DNA of 63,911 nt, the filler included, from Bacteroidales bacterium (GTDB taxonomy: Bacteria; Bacteroidota; Bacteroidia; Bacteroidales; CAIWKO01): the NCBI GenBank assembly GCA_035389045.1. It is 4 parts of 4 records of this genome, joined end to end, with 100 filler letters (N's around TTAATTAATTAA, not from the genome) between each part and the next. Parts side by side here need not be neighbours in the genome. Positions count along the whole stretch, not along the records: positions 1 to 16,848 come from DAOORA010000082.1; positions 16,949 to 33,735 come from DAOORA010000083.1; 2 more parts are not named here. One strand, 5' to 3'. Numbering within the stretch: position 1 is the stretch's first letter; each line of letters opens with the position of its first letter. Below, piece after piece: positions 10,548 through 21,272 of this stretch. The translations under genes were made by a program, and so were the position numbers. Below the pieces are notes generated by a model. The model had not been told where the DNA came from. It worked only from the letters and a program-made list of their open reading frames with translations, and did not search any database.

Positions 10548-10688
10548 ATTTTTTTTTGACTAAAACAGATGAAAGCAAAAAATTAATAGACGAAAATAAA
10601 AAACTTTTCAACAATTAACCAACAATTCATTCAACTGAAAAGTAGAAAAAAAAAAAATTATGACTGTTTGATCCGGAAAAATCAGCGG

Positions 10689-11864
10689 TTACATTATTTT
10701 CTGATAAGCCTGCCACCAGCGGTCGGGTATTTCTTCCTTCATGGCGGTCCTGTAATCATTGTAGGAACAGGGGACAAGGTAATGCCTTTCATATTTTGAT
10801 TTCAATCGTGAAGGGCAGGGAACCTCCATCCACCAACGGTTTGTTTTTTTGCTTTTATAAAAAATTATTTCGTTCTGGAGTTCTTTAATGGCTACCCTGT
10901 ATTTTATATAAAACTTTTTATCCCTGATAGGAAAATCCTGCTTCCGGTTGTAGAACCCATCAATAAAATACCATATCGCCTGTGCTGCAAGTCCTGCCGT
11001 CTGTCCTTTACGGTCATATTCCGGGTTTATTTCATATAACCCGGCGGAGGTAAGTTTGTCGCTCATGCCTGCATAACGCATAATGCGGCACAACTCTTCG
11101 CCATAAAAACCATTGGGTGTGGCTCCGGCGTTACCCGGGGCATCCGACTGTCGTACAGCGGACAAATCCACGGATAACAGGTCTGCATTACGCACCATGG
11201 GCTCCACTTCTTCGATATCAGTCTGAACAAGACCCAGGCGATAGACATCGAAAAACAATTTATCCATAAGTTCGACGGCTTCCCTGTCGACAAAGTAGGT
11301 CTGATATCCGATATTTGAATAATTGAACAAATAACTTGGCTGATGCGTAATAATCTTACTCAGATATGTTTTTGAATTCACCTGGTTTCCGATTTCTCCA
11401 AGATCGAATTCCATGTCTACACATACAAGATTTATTATTCTTCCAAGGGATTCATAGGCAAGATAATTGGCATAGGTCAGATCCTGGCTTCCACCGATTA
11501 TGAACGGTATGATATTTTTTCCCAGCAGGCTGGCAACTATATCACGCAGTGCAAAATAGGTATCGCCTATCACATTTCCCGGGATTACATTGCCAAGGTC
11601 AGCAATTTTAATATTGTTATTATGTTTGAACAAAGAGTACAAATACCGGCGAACCTGGTCGGGAGCATCATTACAGCCGGAATTACCAACAGCCATGCGG
11701 CTTTCTTTCACGCCAAGTATTGCAATGTCTATACCATCAATGGCCGGAAATGCATTAGCCTTTTTATAAATCAGCAGTGAATGATGAAGATGATTGGGAT
11801 GAGAACGTGTTTCATCGATGATATTACCAACGTCGACAGGCTCAAAATATAAAGAAATATCCAT
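10689..11864 (-). CDS. Arginase/formimidoylglutamase-family protein (Bacteroidota type, degenerate metal site)
   Basis: IADLGN, IGGSQDL, SVDLSAV, PNGF and EINP ureohydrolase-fold motifs; C-terminal RWW extension. Confidence 0.8.
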   Translation of the reverse strand: MDISLYFEPVDVGNIIDETRSHPNHLHHSLLIYKKANAFPAIDGIDIAILGVKESRMAVGNSGCNDAPDQVRRYLYSLFKHNNNIKIADLGNVIPGNVIGDTYFALRDIVASLLGKNIIPFIIGGSQDLTYANYLAYESLGRIINLVCVDMEFDLGEIGNQVNSKTYLSKIITHQPSYLFNYSNIGYQTYFVDREAVELMDKLFFDVYRLGLVQTDIEEVEPMVRNADLLSVDLSAVRQSDAPGNAGATPNGFYGEELCRIMRYAGMSDKLTSAGLYEINPEYDRKGQTAGLAAQAIWYFIDGFYNRKQDFPIRDKKFYIKYRVAIKELQNEIIFYKSKKTNRWWMEVPCPSRLKSKYERHYLVPCSYNDYRTAMKEEIPDRWWQAYQKIM

Positions 11865-11866
11865 TT

Positions 11867-14326
11867 TTACTCTGTACTTTTCTTTACTTTGCGGGTTGTA
11901 ACACTTTTAGCGGCCGTTTTTTTCGCAGTGTTTTTTTTAGCTGCAGGACGTTTTTTTACTGTTTTTTTTGAAGTAGTTTTTGTAATAGCCGTTTTCTTTT
12001 TTGCTGATTTTCCCGCTATGGATTTTCTTACTTTTTCCTGTTTCGGAGGCTGATCGGCTATTTGCAGGCAATCTTCAACCGTCAGTTCATCGGGTTTTAT
12101 GTCCCTGGGTATTTTATAATTCTTTTTCGATATGGAGATGTACGGGCCGTATCTGCCTTTTAACACTATGATTTCCGGATGTCCGGGAAATTCTTTAATA
12201 GTACTGTTTTCTATTTTCTGAATTTTCTCTTCAATAATTTCCACAGCCCTTTTCACATGCAAAGTCAACGGATTATCCGTTTTTTTCAGCGAATAGAACT
12301 TTCCTTTATGACGGATATAGGGACCAAAGCGCCCCAGTCCGGCCACTATTTCATCTCCGTTGTATTCACCAATATATTTTGGAAAATTCAGCAACGCAAG
12401 CGCTTCTTCCAGGGTAATGGTATCAATGCTTTGTCCTTTTAACAAACCTACAAAGCGGGGTTTTTCATCGTCGGTGTTTTCTCCAAGCTGAAGCATCCCA
12501 CCGAATTTACCCAGTTTGGCATAGATATTTTTCTGAGTTTCCGGATGTACACCCAAAAGTCTTACCCCGCTAACCTTTTTCGATTTTTTTTCCGTTTCGG
12601 TCACCTGGATATGAAAAGTCCGGTAAAACTCATTGATCATTTCGTTCCAAACTTTTTTCCCTTCTGCGATCTCATCGAACTCCTTTTCCACCTTGGCCGT
12701 GAAATTATAGTCGAGAATATTTTCAAAATTCTGCATCAAAAAGGTGTTTACCAGCGTGCCCACATCGGTAGGAAAAAGTTTTGCTTTTTCAAATCCGACA
12801 TTTTCTACTTTTTGTGTTTCAGATATTTTATTATCTATCAGCGAAATGTATTGATAATTTCTGTTTATTCCTTCCTTATTACCAATAGTAACATACTCTC
12901 TTTTCTGAATAGTGGAAATGGTGGGTGCATAAGTTGACGGCCGTCCGATACCCAGTTCTTCGAGCTTTTTCACAAGGCTTGCTTCGGTGTATCTTGGCGG
13001 CTGCTGGGTAAACCGTTCTATCACATTAATTTCATCGGGATTCATGTGGTCGCCTTTGGCGATAGGAGGTAAAATCCCTTTTTGTTCTTCTTCTTCATCG
13101 TCGGAAGATTCCATATACACTTTCAGAAATCCGTCGAATTTGACGATCTCGCCTGTGGCGATGAAATAATCGTTCACCGACCGGCTGTCAATATATACAT
13201 TTGTTTTTTCCAGCACAGCATCACTCATCTGAGAAGCAATGGTTCTTTTCCAGATCAGGTCGTATAATTTTTTCTGATCACTGGTGCCGTCAATAGAATG
13301 ATTATTTATATATGTAGGCCTGATGGCTTCGTGTGCTTCCTGGGCGCCTTTGCTTTTGGTGATATAGTTGCGGGTTTTTACATACTCCTGTCCGAAAAAT
13401 GATTCAATTTCCTTTTTTGCCATACTCAAAGCCATAAGCGACAGGTTGACCGAGTCGGTTCTCATATAGGTTATTTTTCCCGATTCGTACAATTGCTGTG
13501 CGATCATCATGGTTTTTGAAACCGAAAAACTGAGTTTGCGGCTTGCTTCCTGCTGCAGGGTTGATGTGGTAAAAGGCGGCGCCGGAGATTTTTTAGCCGG
13601 TTTTGTTTCTATGTTTTTTACTTTGAATTCGGCGCCAATACATTGATTAAGAAAGTTCAGGGCTTCATCTTTCGTGTTGAATCTCCTTGAAAGGTCCGCT
13701 TTAATCTTATAGTTTTTATCATCTTTACTAAATGAAAAAACGGCAGAACCTTTGTAATAGGCCGCGGATTTAAAATTGTTGATCTCACTTTCCCGTTCGG
13801 CAATAAGCCTGACAGCAACAGACTGCACCCTGCCGGCCGACAAGGCCGGCCGGATTTTCTTCCAAAGTAATGGTGATAATTCAAATCCGACGAGCCGGTC
13901 GAGAACTCTCCTGGCCTGCTGTGCATCAACCAGATCGATATTGATGTGCCTCGGATTTGAAATAGCCTCCAGTATGGCGGTTTTGGTAATCTCGTGAAAA
14001 ACAATTCTTTTTATCTTGTTTTGCTGCAATTCAAGAGCTTCCGACAAATGCCATGAGATGGCCTCTCCTTCGCGGTCCTCGTCGGATGCAAGCCATACGA
14101 CCTGAGCATCATTTGACATCTTTTTAAGCTCGTTCACAATTTTTGTCTTATCCGCGGGGATCTCATACTGTGGATTAAACCCGTTTTCAATATCTACGCC
14201 AAGGCCTTTCTTACTAAGGTCGCGGATGTGACCAAAACAGGAACGTACCGTATAGTCATTACCAAGGAATTTTTCTATGGTTTTGGCTTTTGCCGGTGAT
14301 TCAACTATTACAAGATTTTTAATCAT
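11867..14326 (-). CDS. topA: DNA topoisomerase I
   Basis: LVIVESPAKAKTI, ASDEDREGE, SAGRVQS and ITYMRTDS (catalytic Tyr); Lys/Ala-rich C-terminal tail; ATG at 14326. Confidence 0.97.
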   Translation of the reverse strand: MIKNLVIVESPAKAKTIEKFLGNDYTVRSCFGHIRDLSKKGLGVDIENGFNPQYEIPADKTKIVNELKKMSNDAQVVWLASDEDREGEAISWHLSEALELQQNKIKRIVFHEITKTAILEAISNPRHINIDLVDAQQARRVLDRLVGFELSPLLWKKIRPALSAGRVQSVAVRLIAERESEINNFKSAAYYKGSAVFSFSKDDKNYKIKADLSRRFNTKDEALNFLNQCIGAEFKVKNIETKPAKKSPAPPFTTSTLQQEASRKLSFSVSKTMMIAQQLYESGKITYMRTDSVNLSLMALSMAKKEIESFFGQEYVKTRNYITKSKGAQEAHEAIRPTYINNHSIDGTSDQKKLYDLIWKRTIASQMSDAVLEKTNVYIDSRSVNDYFIATGEIVKFDGFLKVYMESSDDEEEEQKGILPPIAKGDHMNPDEINVIERFTQQPPRYTEASLVKKLEELGIGRPSTYAPTISTIQKREYVTIGNKEGINRNYQYISLIDNKISETQKVENVGFEKAKLFPTDVGTLVNTFLMQNFENILDYNFTAKVEKEFDEIAEGKKVWNEMINEFYRTFHIQVTETEKKSKKVSGVRLLGVHPETQKNIYAKLGKFGGMLQLGENTDDEKPRFVGLLKGQSIDTITLEEALALLNFPKYIGEYNGDEIVAGLGRFGPYIRHKGKFYSLKKTDNPLTLHVKRAVEIIEEKIQKIENSTIKEFPGHPEIIVLKGRYGPYISISKKNYKIPRDIKPDELTVEDCLQIADQPPKQEKVRKSIAGKSAKKKTAITKTTSKKTVKKRPAAKKNTAKKTAAKSVTTRKVKKSTE

Positions 14327-14445
14327 GAATATGTTTTTGGGGAATAAAAAAAGTTTTGCAAAATAAAACAAAAATTATTTTTCTCAGGCAAATTATTTTT
14401 CTTAATGTATGTTTGGTTAATTTTGCCGTTGTTCAAAAAGCACTG

Positions 14446-15753
14446 ATGGAAAACACTTTTTATATAGAAACATATGGCTGCCAGATGAATTTTTCGGACA
14501 GCGAAATCGTAGCTTCCATACTTAAAGACAAAAACTATATACATACAAAGAATATTGAAGATGCCGGGGTGATTTTGTTAAATACCTGTTCGATAAGAGA
14601 AAATGCCGAACAAAAAATTTTCAACCGGCTGAATCATCTTAAAAGCCTGAAGAAAAAAAACAAAGACCTTCTTATCGGACTACTGGGTTGTATGGCCGAA
14701 CGATTAAAAGATCAGTTGTTAGAAGGAAACATAGTTGATATCATTGCAGGCCCCGATTCATACAGGGAACTTCCCGGACTGATCGCATCAGCAAATGCTG
14801 CAAACAAGACTTTCAACACCTTTTTGTCTGACGAAGAGACATATGCCGACATAAACCCTGTGAGGATTGACAGTAATGGAGTCTCTGCCTTTATTTCGAT
14901 CATGCGGGGCTGCCAGAACTATTGCGCTTACTGCGTGGTGCCCTACACCCGCGGAAATGAACGCAGCCGTCCGGACGAAAGCATCACGGGAGAAGCACAG
15001 TCACTGTTTGAACAGGGCTATCGTGAAATTACGCTGCTCGGGCAAAATGTTAATTCATACAAACGTAATGATCTCCGTTTCCCCGAATTATTAGAAAAGG
15101 TTGCCGGGATAAGCCCGGCACTGAGGATACGCTTCGCCACCTCGCATCCCAAAGACCTGTCGGACAAACTGATAGATGTTATTGCGGCACACGCCAATAT
15201 CTGTAAATCAATCCATCTTCCCTTACAATCGGGCAGCAACCGGATTCTGAACCTGATGAAGCGCAATTATACCCGCGAATCGTATATGACGATCATCGAA
15301 AAAATCTATAATAAAATCCCGGACTGCAGCATTTCTACCGATATCATCAGCGGGTTTTGCACCGAAACCGAACAGGATCATTGCAATACGCTGGACATAA
15401 TGAGGCAGGCGGCTTTCGACAGCGCTTTTATGTTTAAATACTCCGAACGCCCGGGGACCTTTGCAGCAGGAAAATACAAAGATGATGTGCCCGATGACAT
15501 AAAAACACAACGTCTGAATGAGATTATCACCCTGCAGAATGAATTGTCGCTGGAAAAAAATAAAAAAGACCTTGGAAAAACTTTTGAAGTCCTGGTTGAA
15601 GGTCTCTCAAAAAAATCTGCCAAACAACTCTCGGGCAGGAATTCTCAGAATAAAGTTGTTGTTTTTTCTGACGACAAGCACAAAGCAGGGGACTATGTGA
15701 TGGTGAAAATAATTGCGTGCACATCAGCAACATTGAAGGGGGAAATTGTTTAG
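14446..15753 (+). CDS. miaB: tRNA-2-methylthio-N6-dimethylallyladenosine synthase MiaB
   Basis: ETYGCQMN, NTCSIRE, GCMAER, CQNYCAYC radical SAM motif and C-terminal TRAM; TAATTTTG -7 box at 14418-14425. Confidence 0.96.
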   Translation: MENTFYIETYGCQMNFSDSEIVASILKDKNYIHTKNIEDAGVILLNTCSIRENAEQKIFNRLNHLKSLKKKNKDLLIGLLGCMAERLKDQLLEGNIVDIIAGPDSYRELPGLIASANAANKTFNTFLSDEETYADINPVRIDSNGVSAFISIMRGCQNYCAYCVVPYTRGNERSRPDESITGEAQSLFEQGYREITLLGQNVNSYKRNDLRFPELLEKVAGISPALRIRFATSHPKDLSDKLIDVIAAHANICKSIHLPLQSGSNRILNLMKRNYTRESYMTIIEKIYNKIPDCSISTDIISGFCTETEQDHCNTLDIMRQAAFDSAFMFKYSERPGTFAAGKYKDDVPDDIKTQRLNEIITLQNELSLEKNKKDLGKTFEVLVEGLSKKSAKQLSGRNSQNKVVVFSDDKHKAGDYVMVKIIACTSATLKGEIV

Positions 15754-15826
15754 GTAAAACTACTTTTTTAATAGACAAAACGCTTTGCTCATTTGCACGC
15801 GTTACAAACGCGCTCGTACGGCGGAT

Positions 15827-16786
15827 TTATGAGCTTTGAACAAATCTAATAATCAGATTACCAATACGTTTGAACGGTAAAAACCTGGGGACAGTTTTCT
15901 GATATTCTTTATAAGCCGGATATTTACCGGCGCTTATTTCTTCACTAAAGCCGGAACTTCCCAGGAAAAGAACCATCAGCAACAAGCTCCCCGCTATAGT
16001 CCAGTTCAGCCAATAACTTCCGGCGGTTACACTGAAAAGATAAAAACAAGCCCATAAGGCCTGTTCGGCAAAATAATTCGGGTGACGGCTGTATGCCCAT
16101 AAGCCTTTGTCCAGAAAGCCTTTGCTGTAATCACCGGGGAGTTTCTCTCCTGCCCCGGCCTTCATCTTTTTGCCGGTCTGGTAGTTCCATTGCTGAATGT
16201 CGGCGATGGTTTCATAGGTGATAAAAAAGAGCATCAGGCCGGCAACCATATAATCAGCAATCCCAAGAGGCACATGCCTGTTTTGAAGGGCCATAATTGC
16301 GGGAAGGGTAATAAGCAGTATCAAAATATTCTGGTATCCCGAAATGAAAAACAAGTTAAAGAGTGACCATTTCCATCGTGGCGAAAATTCCTTTTTCTTA
16401 CGCAATACCTGCCAGCGGTAATCTTCCTCACCGGCCCAGAACCGCCACTGATAAGCTCCCTTCAAGGCAAAATTCATGGTCAGACGGATGCCCCAGATGG
16501 TCACCAGTGTACCCATTAATATAAGCCGTGGGGAAAAATCTCCGTAAGCCGCTATTACCCAGATATAAATTATGGGAACAATACTCCACAACTTATCCAC
16601 CTGGCTGTTATTGCCGGTCAGTTCACCAACGATGAACGAATAAGCCACCACAACGGCAACAATGACAAAAAGTGTTCTCAGCGCCATCCACTCCATGGGA
16701 CCGGGATTAACTCCAAAAAAATAACTGAATATAGGAACAACAAGTAATGTTGTCAACAAGAGTACCGAGGTTTGAATAATTTTCAT
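15827..16786 (-). CDS. DUF1295 / steroid 5-alpha-reductase-like membrane protein
   Basis: NNSQVDKLWS, WGIRL, EDYRW, ETIADIQQ and GLWAYSRHPNYF motifs. Confidence 0.88.
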   Translation of the reverse strand: MKIIQTSVLLLTTLLVVPIFSYFFGVNPGPMEWMALRTLFVIVAVVVAYSFIVGELTGNNSQVDKLWSIVPIIYIWVIAAYGDFSPRLILMGTLVTIWGIRLTMNFALKGAYQWRFWAGEEDYRWQVLRKKKEFSPRWKWSLFNLFFISGYQNILILLITLPAIMALQNRHVPLGIADYMVAGLMLFFITYETIADIQQWNYQTGKKMKAGAGEKLPGDYSKGFLDKGLWAYSRHPNYFAEQALWACFYLFSVTAGSYWLNWTIAGSLLLMVLFLGSSGFSEEISAGKYPAYKEYQKTVPRFLPFKRIGNLIIRFVQSS

Positions 16787-16848
16787 AATTAAATTTTAGA
16801 AATTGTTTTGATTTTATCTTTTCATATCTTTATGCGTCTTTTTTGCTG

Positions 16849-16948
16849 NNNNNNNNNNNNNNNNNNNNNNNNNNNNNNNNNNNNNNNNNNNNTTAATTAA
16901 TTAANNNNNNNNNNNNNNNNNNNNNNNNNNNNNNNNNNNNNNNNNNNN
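16849..16948. other. Artificial contig-joining spacer
   Basis: 44 N + TTAATTAATTAA (stop codons in all six frames) + 44 N. Confidence 0.97.
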
Positions 16949-17892
16949 GAACCGTGTGTAGGTTCAAAAACGGCCACACCCGAATCGGGGTTGAACTGTG
17001 CCGAGGTGGCAAAGCCCAGGCCGCCGATAAGCCCTGCAAAAGCGTCCGACACGATATCGCCGAACATGTTTTCGGAAACGATCACATGGTAGTTTTCAGG
17101 GTTTTTGGTCAGCCACATCATCATGGCGTCGATGTTCACATCTTCCACGCGGATGCCGGGATATTCGTTTTTGCTCATGTCCTGGGCTATCTTCAGCATC
17201 ATGCCTGATGTTTCGCGGATCACATTGGGCTTTTCGCAAACCGTAACTTTGTCGAAACCACGTTTTTGGGCATACTCAAAAGCAGCTTTGATGATACGGG
17301 TACAGAATTTTTTGGTAGTGATACGTGTTGATACAGCCAGTTCTTCGCGAGGGCACCATTCGAAATTCGGTTTGAACCGCGGATGTGACATCAATGCATC
17401 ATAAACGTTATCAGGAGGGTTCGTCCATTCAACGCCACCGTAAAGGCCTTCGGTGTTCTGACGGAAGATCATCGTATCCACGATCGGTTCGTCGACTCCG
17501 TTGCCGGCATTGCGGCGCACGAAGTTCAGCGGGTTGCCTTTCAATGTCTGACAGGGACGCATACAGATGTCGAGGCCGAATTTCTGACGCATAGTCACAA
17601 TCGGACTGTAATAAACAAATCCTTTGCCCTGAAGTTCAGGGGCAAGCTCGGCTGCTGCTTTGTCTTTGGGCTTTGAAGTTATTGCTCCGAAGAGTCCGAT
17701 CTTATGTTCTTCCAAAAGTTTGATGGTGCGGTCGGGCAGGGGATTTCCTTCTTTACACCAGAATTCCCAGCCGATGTCGCCGTTCACATAATCTGCATGA
17801 AAGCCTGCTGCATCAAGCACTCTGATAGCTTCTTTCAATACTGTTACTCCAATGCCGTCGCCAGGCATTGCTACAATGGTTCTTTTTGCCAT
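16949..17892 (-). CDS. Isocitrate/isopropylmalate (possibly homoisocitrate) dehydrogenase family, 3'-truncated by the contig end
   Basis: MPGDGIG, RQNTEGLY, KPNV, ENMFGDIVSD and VFEPTHG motifs. Confidence 0.88.
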
Positions 17893-18086
17893 AAATCTAT
17901 GTTTTTTTGAGGTTTAGGTTCTTTTTGGAGAACAAAATTATTACAATAAACCATATAAAAATACTAAAGCAAAAATAAATTTTAGCAGTTCAATGCATAA
18001 TATGTCATACCAGTGATTGGGAATCATTAGGAAGGAGGAATCAATTATTTATTCAAAAGTTGTAATTTTATGGCAAAAAAATAACT

Positions 18087-18866
18087 ATGAGAAGAATACT
18101 TATGGCCGTTTTGATGCTGCTGTTGTTTGTATCATGCACACCAAGGCCGAACGAAAAAGGAGAATATGTGGTCAGCCCCGGCAAAAATGCTGATGAGATC
18201 CATATTAAATTCAACGACGACGGCACCCTCGGATATATCAGTCAATACAGGGATGGGAAACCTGAAGGATTGTATCTGAATTTTCTTAAAAACCGGAATC
18301 CTGATAATATGACTTTTCTGAAGGAAGGAAAAAATTACGGAACTGGTTTGGTGTTTCATAAAAACGGATTGTTGAACAATTTTGGTCAGTATGTGGATGG
18401 CGAAAAATCGGGATGGTTTTATGTTTTCGACCGCAACAGCATTCTTACAGGTAAAAGGGAGTATGTACTGGTCAATGGCAATAGTTATCTGAACCAGTGG
18501 ATAGAATACGACCAAAACAGCGTCCCCGACAGGTTGAACAGCAGTTATTTAAGCCTGAAGGCCGTCAAAGATACGATCAAAAACGGCGAAGAGTATCTGT
18601 TGAATGTCAGTCTTGAAGCCTCATTTTTCAGGCAATATATGCTGCTCATTGTCGGGCCTTTTGATGAAAAGTTCAATCTTCCGCCGGGCGCTGCCTGTGA
18701 TACCATAAAAAGCACCAATTACGCTGCTCTATACAGAACCAGTGCATACAAAAACGGACTGAATACGGTGAGGGGTATGGTACAGGAGATAAAGCTAAAA
18801 GACAATAATAGTGCATACGATGTGCGGAAGATATATTTCGCTAAAGATTTTTTGGTACATAAATAA
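18087..18866 (+). CDS. Lipoprotein with MORN-variant repeats (YwqK-like)
   Basis: Lipobox FVSC; repeats such as GQYVDGEKSGWFYVFDRNS. Confidence 0.65.
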   Translation: MRRILMAVLMLLLFVSCTPRPNEKGEYVVSPGKNADEIHIKFNDDGTLGYISQYRDGKPEGLYLNFLKNRNPDNMTFLKEGKNYGTGLVFHKNGLLNNFGQYVDGEKSGWFYVFDRNSILTGKREYVLVNGNSYLNQWIEYDQNSVPDRLNSSYLSLKAVKDTIKNGEEYLLNVSLEASFFRQYMLLIVGPFDEKFNLPPGAACDTIKSTNYAALYRTSAYKNGLNTVRGMVQEIKLKDNNSAYDVRKIYFAKDFLVHK

Positions 18867-18884
18867 ATGCCAACCCTTTATATT

Positions 18885-20207
18885 ATGGTAAAACAAATTG
18901 TATTCATCATTACTCTGGTCGTCACCATGGCGGTATTTTTTTACACGATAAACCGCATATACAGGTTTTTTACATTTACCAGGCCTTTTCTTTTAAAAAG
19001 CTGGGGCCGCCGGTTCAGAGTGATGTTAAAAGTGGCATTTTTTCAGTCGAAAATTTTCAGACGTCCGCTTATAGGTTTTTTACATGCCCTGGTATTCTGG
19101 GGATTTTGCGTAATACTGATCGGGAGTATCGAGATGGTCATCGATGGTGTGTCCGGAACGGAACGGGCACTGGCTTGCCTGGGAGTTATATATAAGTTAA
19201 TAACGGCCTCGGGCGATATCTTTGCACTGCTTATCATCATTGCCATCTTTGTTTTTTTTGTACGCAGGCTACTATTAAAAGTGCCGCGTTTTGAAGGAAT
19301 TGAAATGAAGCCTAAAAATCACAGGGATGCGGCTCTGGCGCTCACACTGATACTGATTTTGATGGTCTCATTGCTGGGGATGAATACCTTTTATATTACC
19401 TCAAGCCAATTGCACCAGGCAGAAATACACGGGTTCTTCCCGGTGAGTTCAGTGATTGCAGGTTGGGTCGGCGTGGGGGAGGAAGATTTTGAGTTTTACC
19501 AGTTTTTCTGGTGGGTACACATATTGTTGATATTTGTATTTGCCAATATTTTGCCTTATTCCAAGCATTTTCATATCTTCTTGTCGATTTTCAACGTGTT
19601 ACTATGTAAACTCGATCCGTTGGGCAAACTTCCCAACATGGAACATGTCACCCGTGAGGTGAAAATGATGCTTGATCCTTCGCTTGCATCGGCGGAGCCT
19701 TCGTCGGCACAGCAGGAGGCCATAGAACGCTTTGGCGTGAAAGATGTGGAAGACGGCACCTGGAAAAACTACCTTGATTCCTTATCCTGCACACAGTGTG
19801 GCCGTTGTACTTCGGTATGTCCGGCAACCCTCACCGGAAAAAAACTTTCGCCGCGTAAAATCATGATGAATTATCGCTCCCGCATGAATGAAAAAGGCCC
19901 CGGAATGATAAAGAACGGAAAAGAATTTGATGATAAAAAAGCCCTTATTAATGATGACTATGTTTCGGCAGAAGAACTTTGGGCCTGCACCACCTGTAAT
20001 GCCTGCGCGAAGGAATGTCCTCTGATGATCAACCAGCCCGAACTGATCATGGGCATGCGCCGCTACCTGGTGATGGAAGAAGGCATTGCTCCCGGGCAGT
20101 TGAAAACCATGTTTGCCAATATTGAGAACAACGGCGCGCCCTGGCAGTTTTCGCCGGAGGATAGGATGCTTTGGGCGGATGAGTTATATTTCAAGCAAAG
20201 AATTTAA
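18885..20207 (+). CDS. Membrane Fe-S oxidoreductase, FadF-like N-terminal half (NarI-like TM region + two 4Fe-4S motifs)
   Basis: HALVFWGF, LPYSKHFH, CTQCGRCTSVCP and CTTCNACAKECP; start 18885 or 18867. Confidence 0.87.
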   Translation: MVKQIVFIITLVVTMAVFFYTINRIYRFFTFTRPFLLKSWGRRFRVMLKVAFFQSKIFRRPLIGFLHALVFWGFCVILIGSIEMVIDGVSGTERALACLGVIYKLITASGDIFALLIIIAIFVFFVRRLLLKVPRFEGIEMKPKNHRDAALALTLILILMVSLLGMNTFYITSSQLHQAEIHGFFPVSSVIAGWVGVGEEDFEFYQFFWWVHILLIFVFANILPYSKHFHIFLSIFNVLLCKLDPLGKLPNMEHVTREVKMMLDPSLASAEPSSAQQEAIERFGVKDVEDGTWKNYLDSLSCTQCGRCTSVCPATLTGKKLSPRKIMMNYRSRMNEKGPGMIKNGKEFDDKKALINDDYVSAEELWACTTCNACAKECPLMINQPELIMGMRRYLVMEEGIAPGQLKTMFANIENNGAPWQFSPEDRMLWADELYFKQRI

Positions 20208-20323
20208 TGAGCATTACGAATATGCGTTCAATCTAACGAATATGATGGTCGCGTTTAAACAGAAAATAAAATGACTCTTCTGCCTCCAATCCCCAAACTA
20301 CTGACAACTGACCCGAGGCGGCG

Positions 20324-20386
20324 GACTTCAGACTCCCGACTCCCGACTCCTGACTCCCGACTCCTGACTCCTGGCTCCTGACTTCA
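20324..20386. repeat. Heptamer tandem repeat (GACTCCY)n, ~9 units
   Basis: gacttca gactccc gactccc gactcct ... gacttca; same unit as the 49911-50226 array. Confidence 0.9.
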
Positions 20387-20429
20387 AAAAATCAATATAA
20401 AGTGTATAATAACTTAAAAACTAACCCTT

Positions 20430-21227
20430 ATGGATGATAAATTCAAGATAGCTGTTCCTGTCATGGCCGAACTTGCCGCCATGGGCGAAAAACCTGAATA
20501 TCTGTATTGGGTGGGCTGTGCCGGCGCTTTCGACGACCGTTATAAAAAAGTGACACAGGCCTTTGTAAAAATCCTAACACATTTTAATATCAGTTATGCT
20601 GTTCTGGGTGCAGAAGAAAGCTGTACAGGGGATCCCGCACGGCGTGCCGGTAACGAGATGCTTTTCCAGATGCAGGCGCTGACCAATATTGAAACTTTCA
20701 AAAAGTATGATGTTAAAAAAATTATAACTACCTGCCCGCACTGTTTCAATACCCTGAAAAATGAATATCCCGACCTGGGAGGAGCATATGAAGTGGTGCA
20801 CTACACCCAATTCTTGCAACAACTGAAAAGCAACGGGGTACTAAAAATCGAAAACAGTATTTTTTCGGATAAAACCATCACGTTCCACGATCCCTGCTAT
20901 CTGGGGCGCGGCAATTGCGAATATGAGGCTCCGCGCGAGGTAATAAACGCAGTGACGTTGCACAATAATGAAATGAAAAGAAACAAAAGTTTTGCTTTGT
21001 GTTGCGGAGCTGGAGGTGCACAGATGTTCAAAGAAGCCGAAAAAGGGGAGAAGGAGATTTTTATCGAACGAACGGAAGAGGCGTTGGAAACGGGCGCCGA
21101 TATCATTGCCACTGCCTGCCCGTTCTGCATGACCATGCTTACCGACGGGCTGAAATATAAAAACAGGGAAGAAGATGTAAAAAACCTGGATATTGCTGAG
21201 CTTATTTCGATGGCAATCGGATTGTGA
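20430..21227 (+). CDS. CCG-domain (Fe-S)-binding protein, FadF/HdrD-like C-terminal half
   Basis: WVGCAG, ESCTG, TCPHC, HDPCYLGR, CCGAGG and ACPFC motifs. Confidence 0.9.
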   Translation: MDDKFKIAVPVMAELAAMGEKPEYLYWVGCAGAFDDRYKKVTQAFVKILTHFNISYAVLGAEESCTGDPARRAGNEMLFQMQALTNIETFKKYDVKKIITTCPHCFNTLKNEYPDLGGAYEVVHYTQFLQQLKSNGVLKIENSIFSDKTITFHDPCYLGRGNCEYEAPREVINAVTLHNNEMKRNKSFALCCGAGGAQMFKEAEKGEKEIFIERTEEALETGADIIATACPFCMTMLTDGLKYKNREEDVKNLDIAELISMAIGL

Positions 21228-21272
21228 TCAGGAATGTTTGAAGCCCAGAATAATTGTTTATCATAAAATAAA

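Noticed and set aside
15795..15815. Small hairpin CGCGTT-ACA-AACGCG between miaB and the DUF1295 gene
   Set aside because: Single short copy in the window; cannot distinguish a REP from a weak terminator or chance.
16893..16904. TTAATTAATTAA palindrome occurring three times
   Set aside because: Artificial six-frame-stop linker embedded in N runs.
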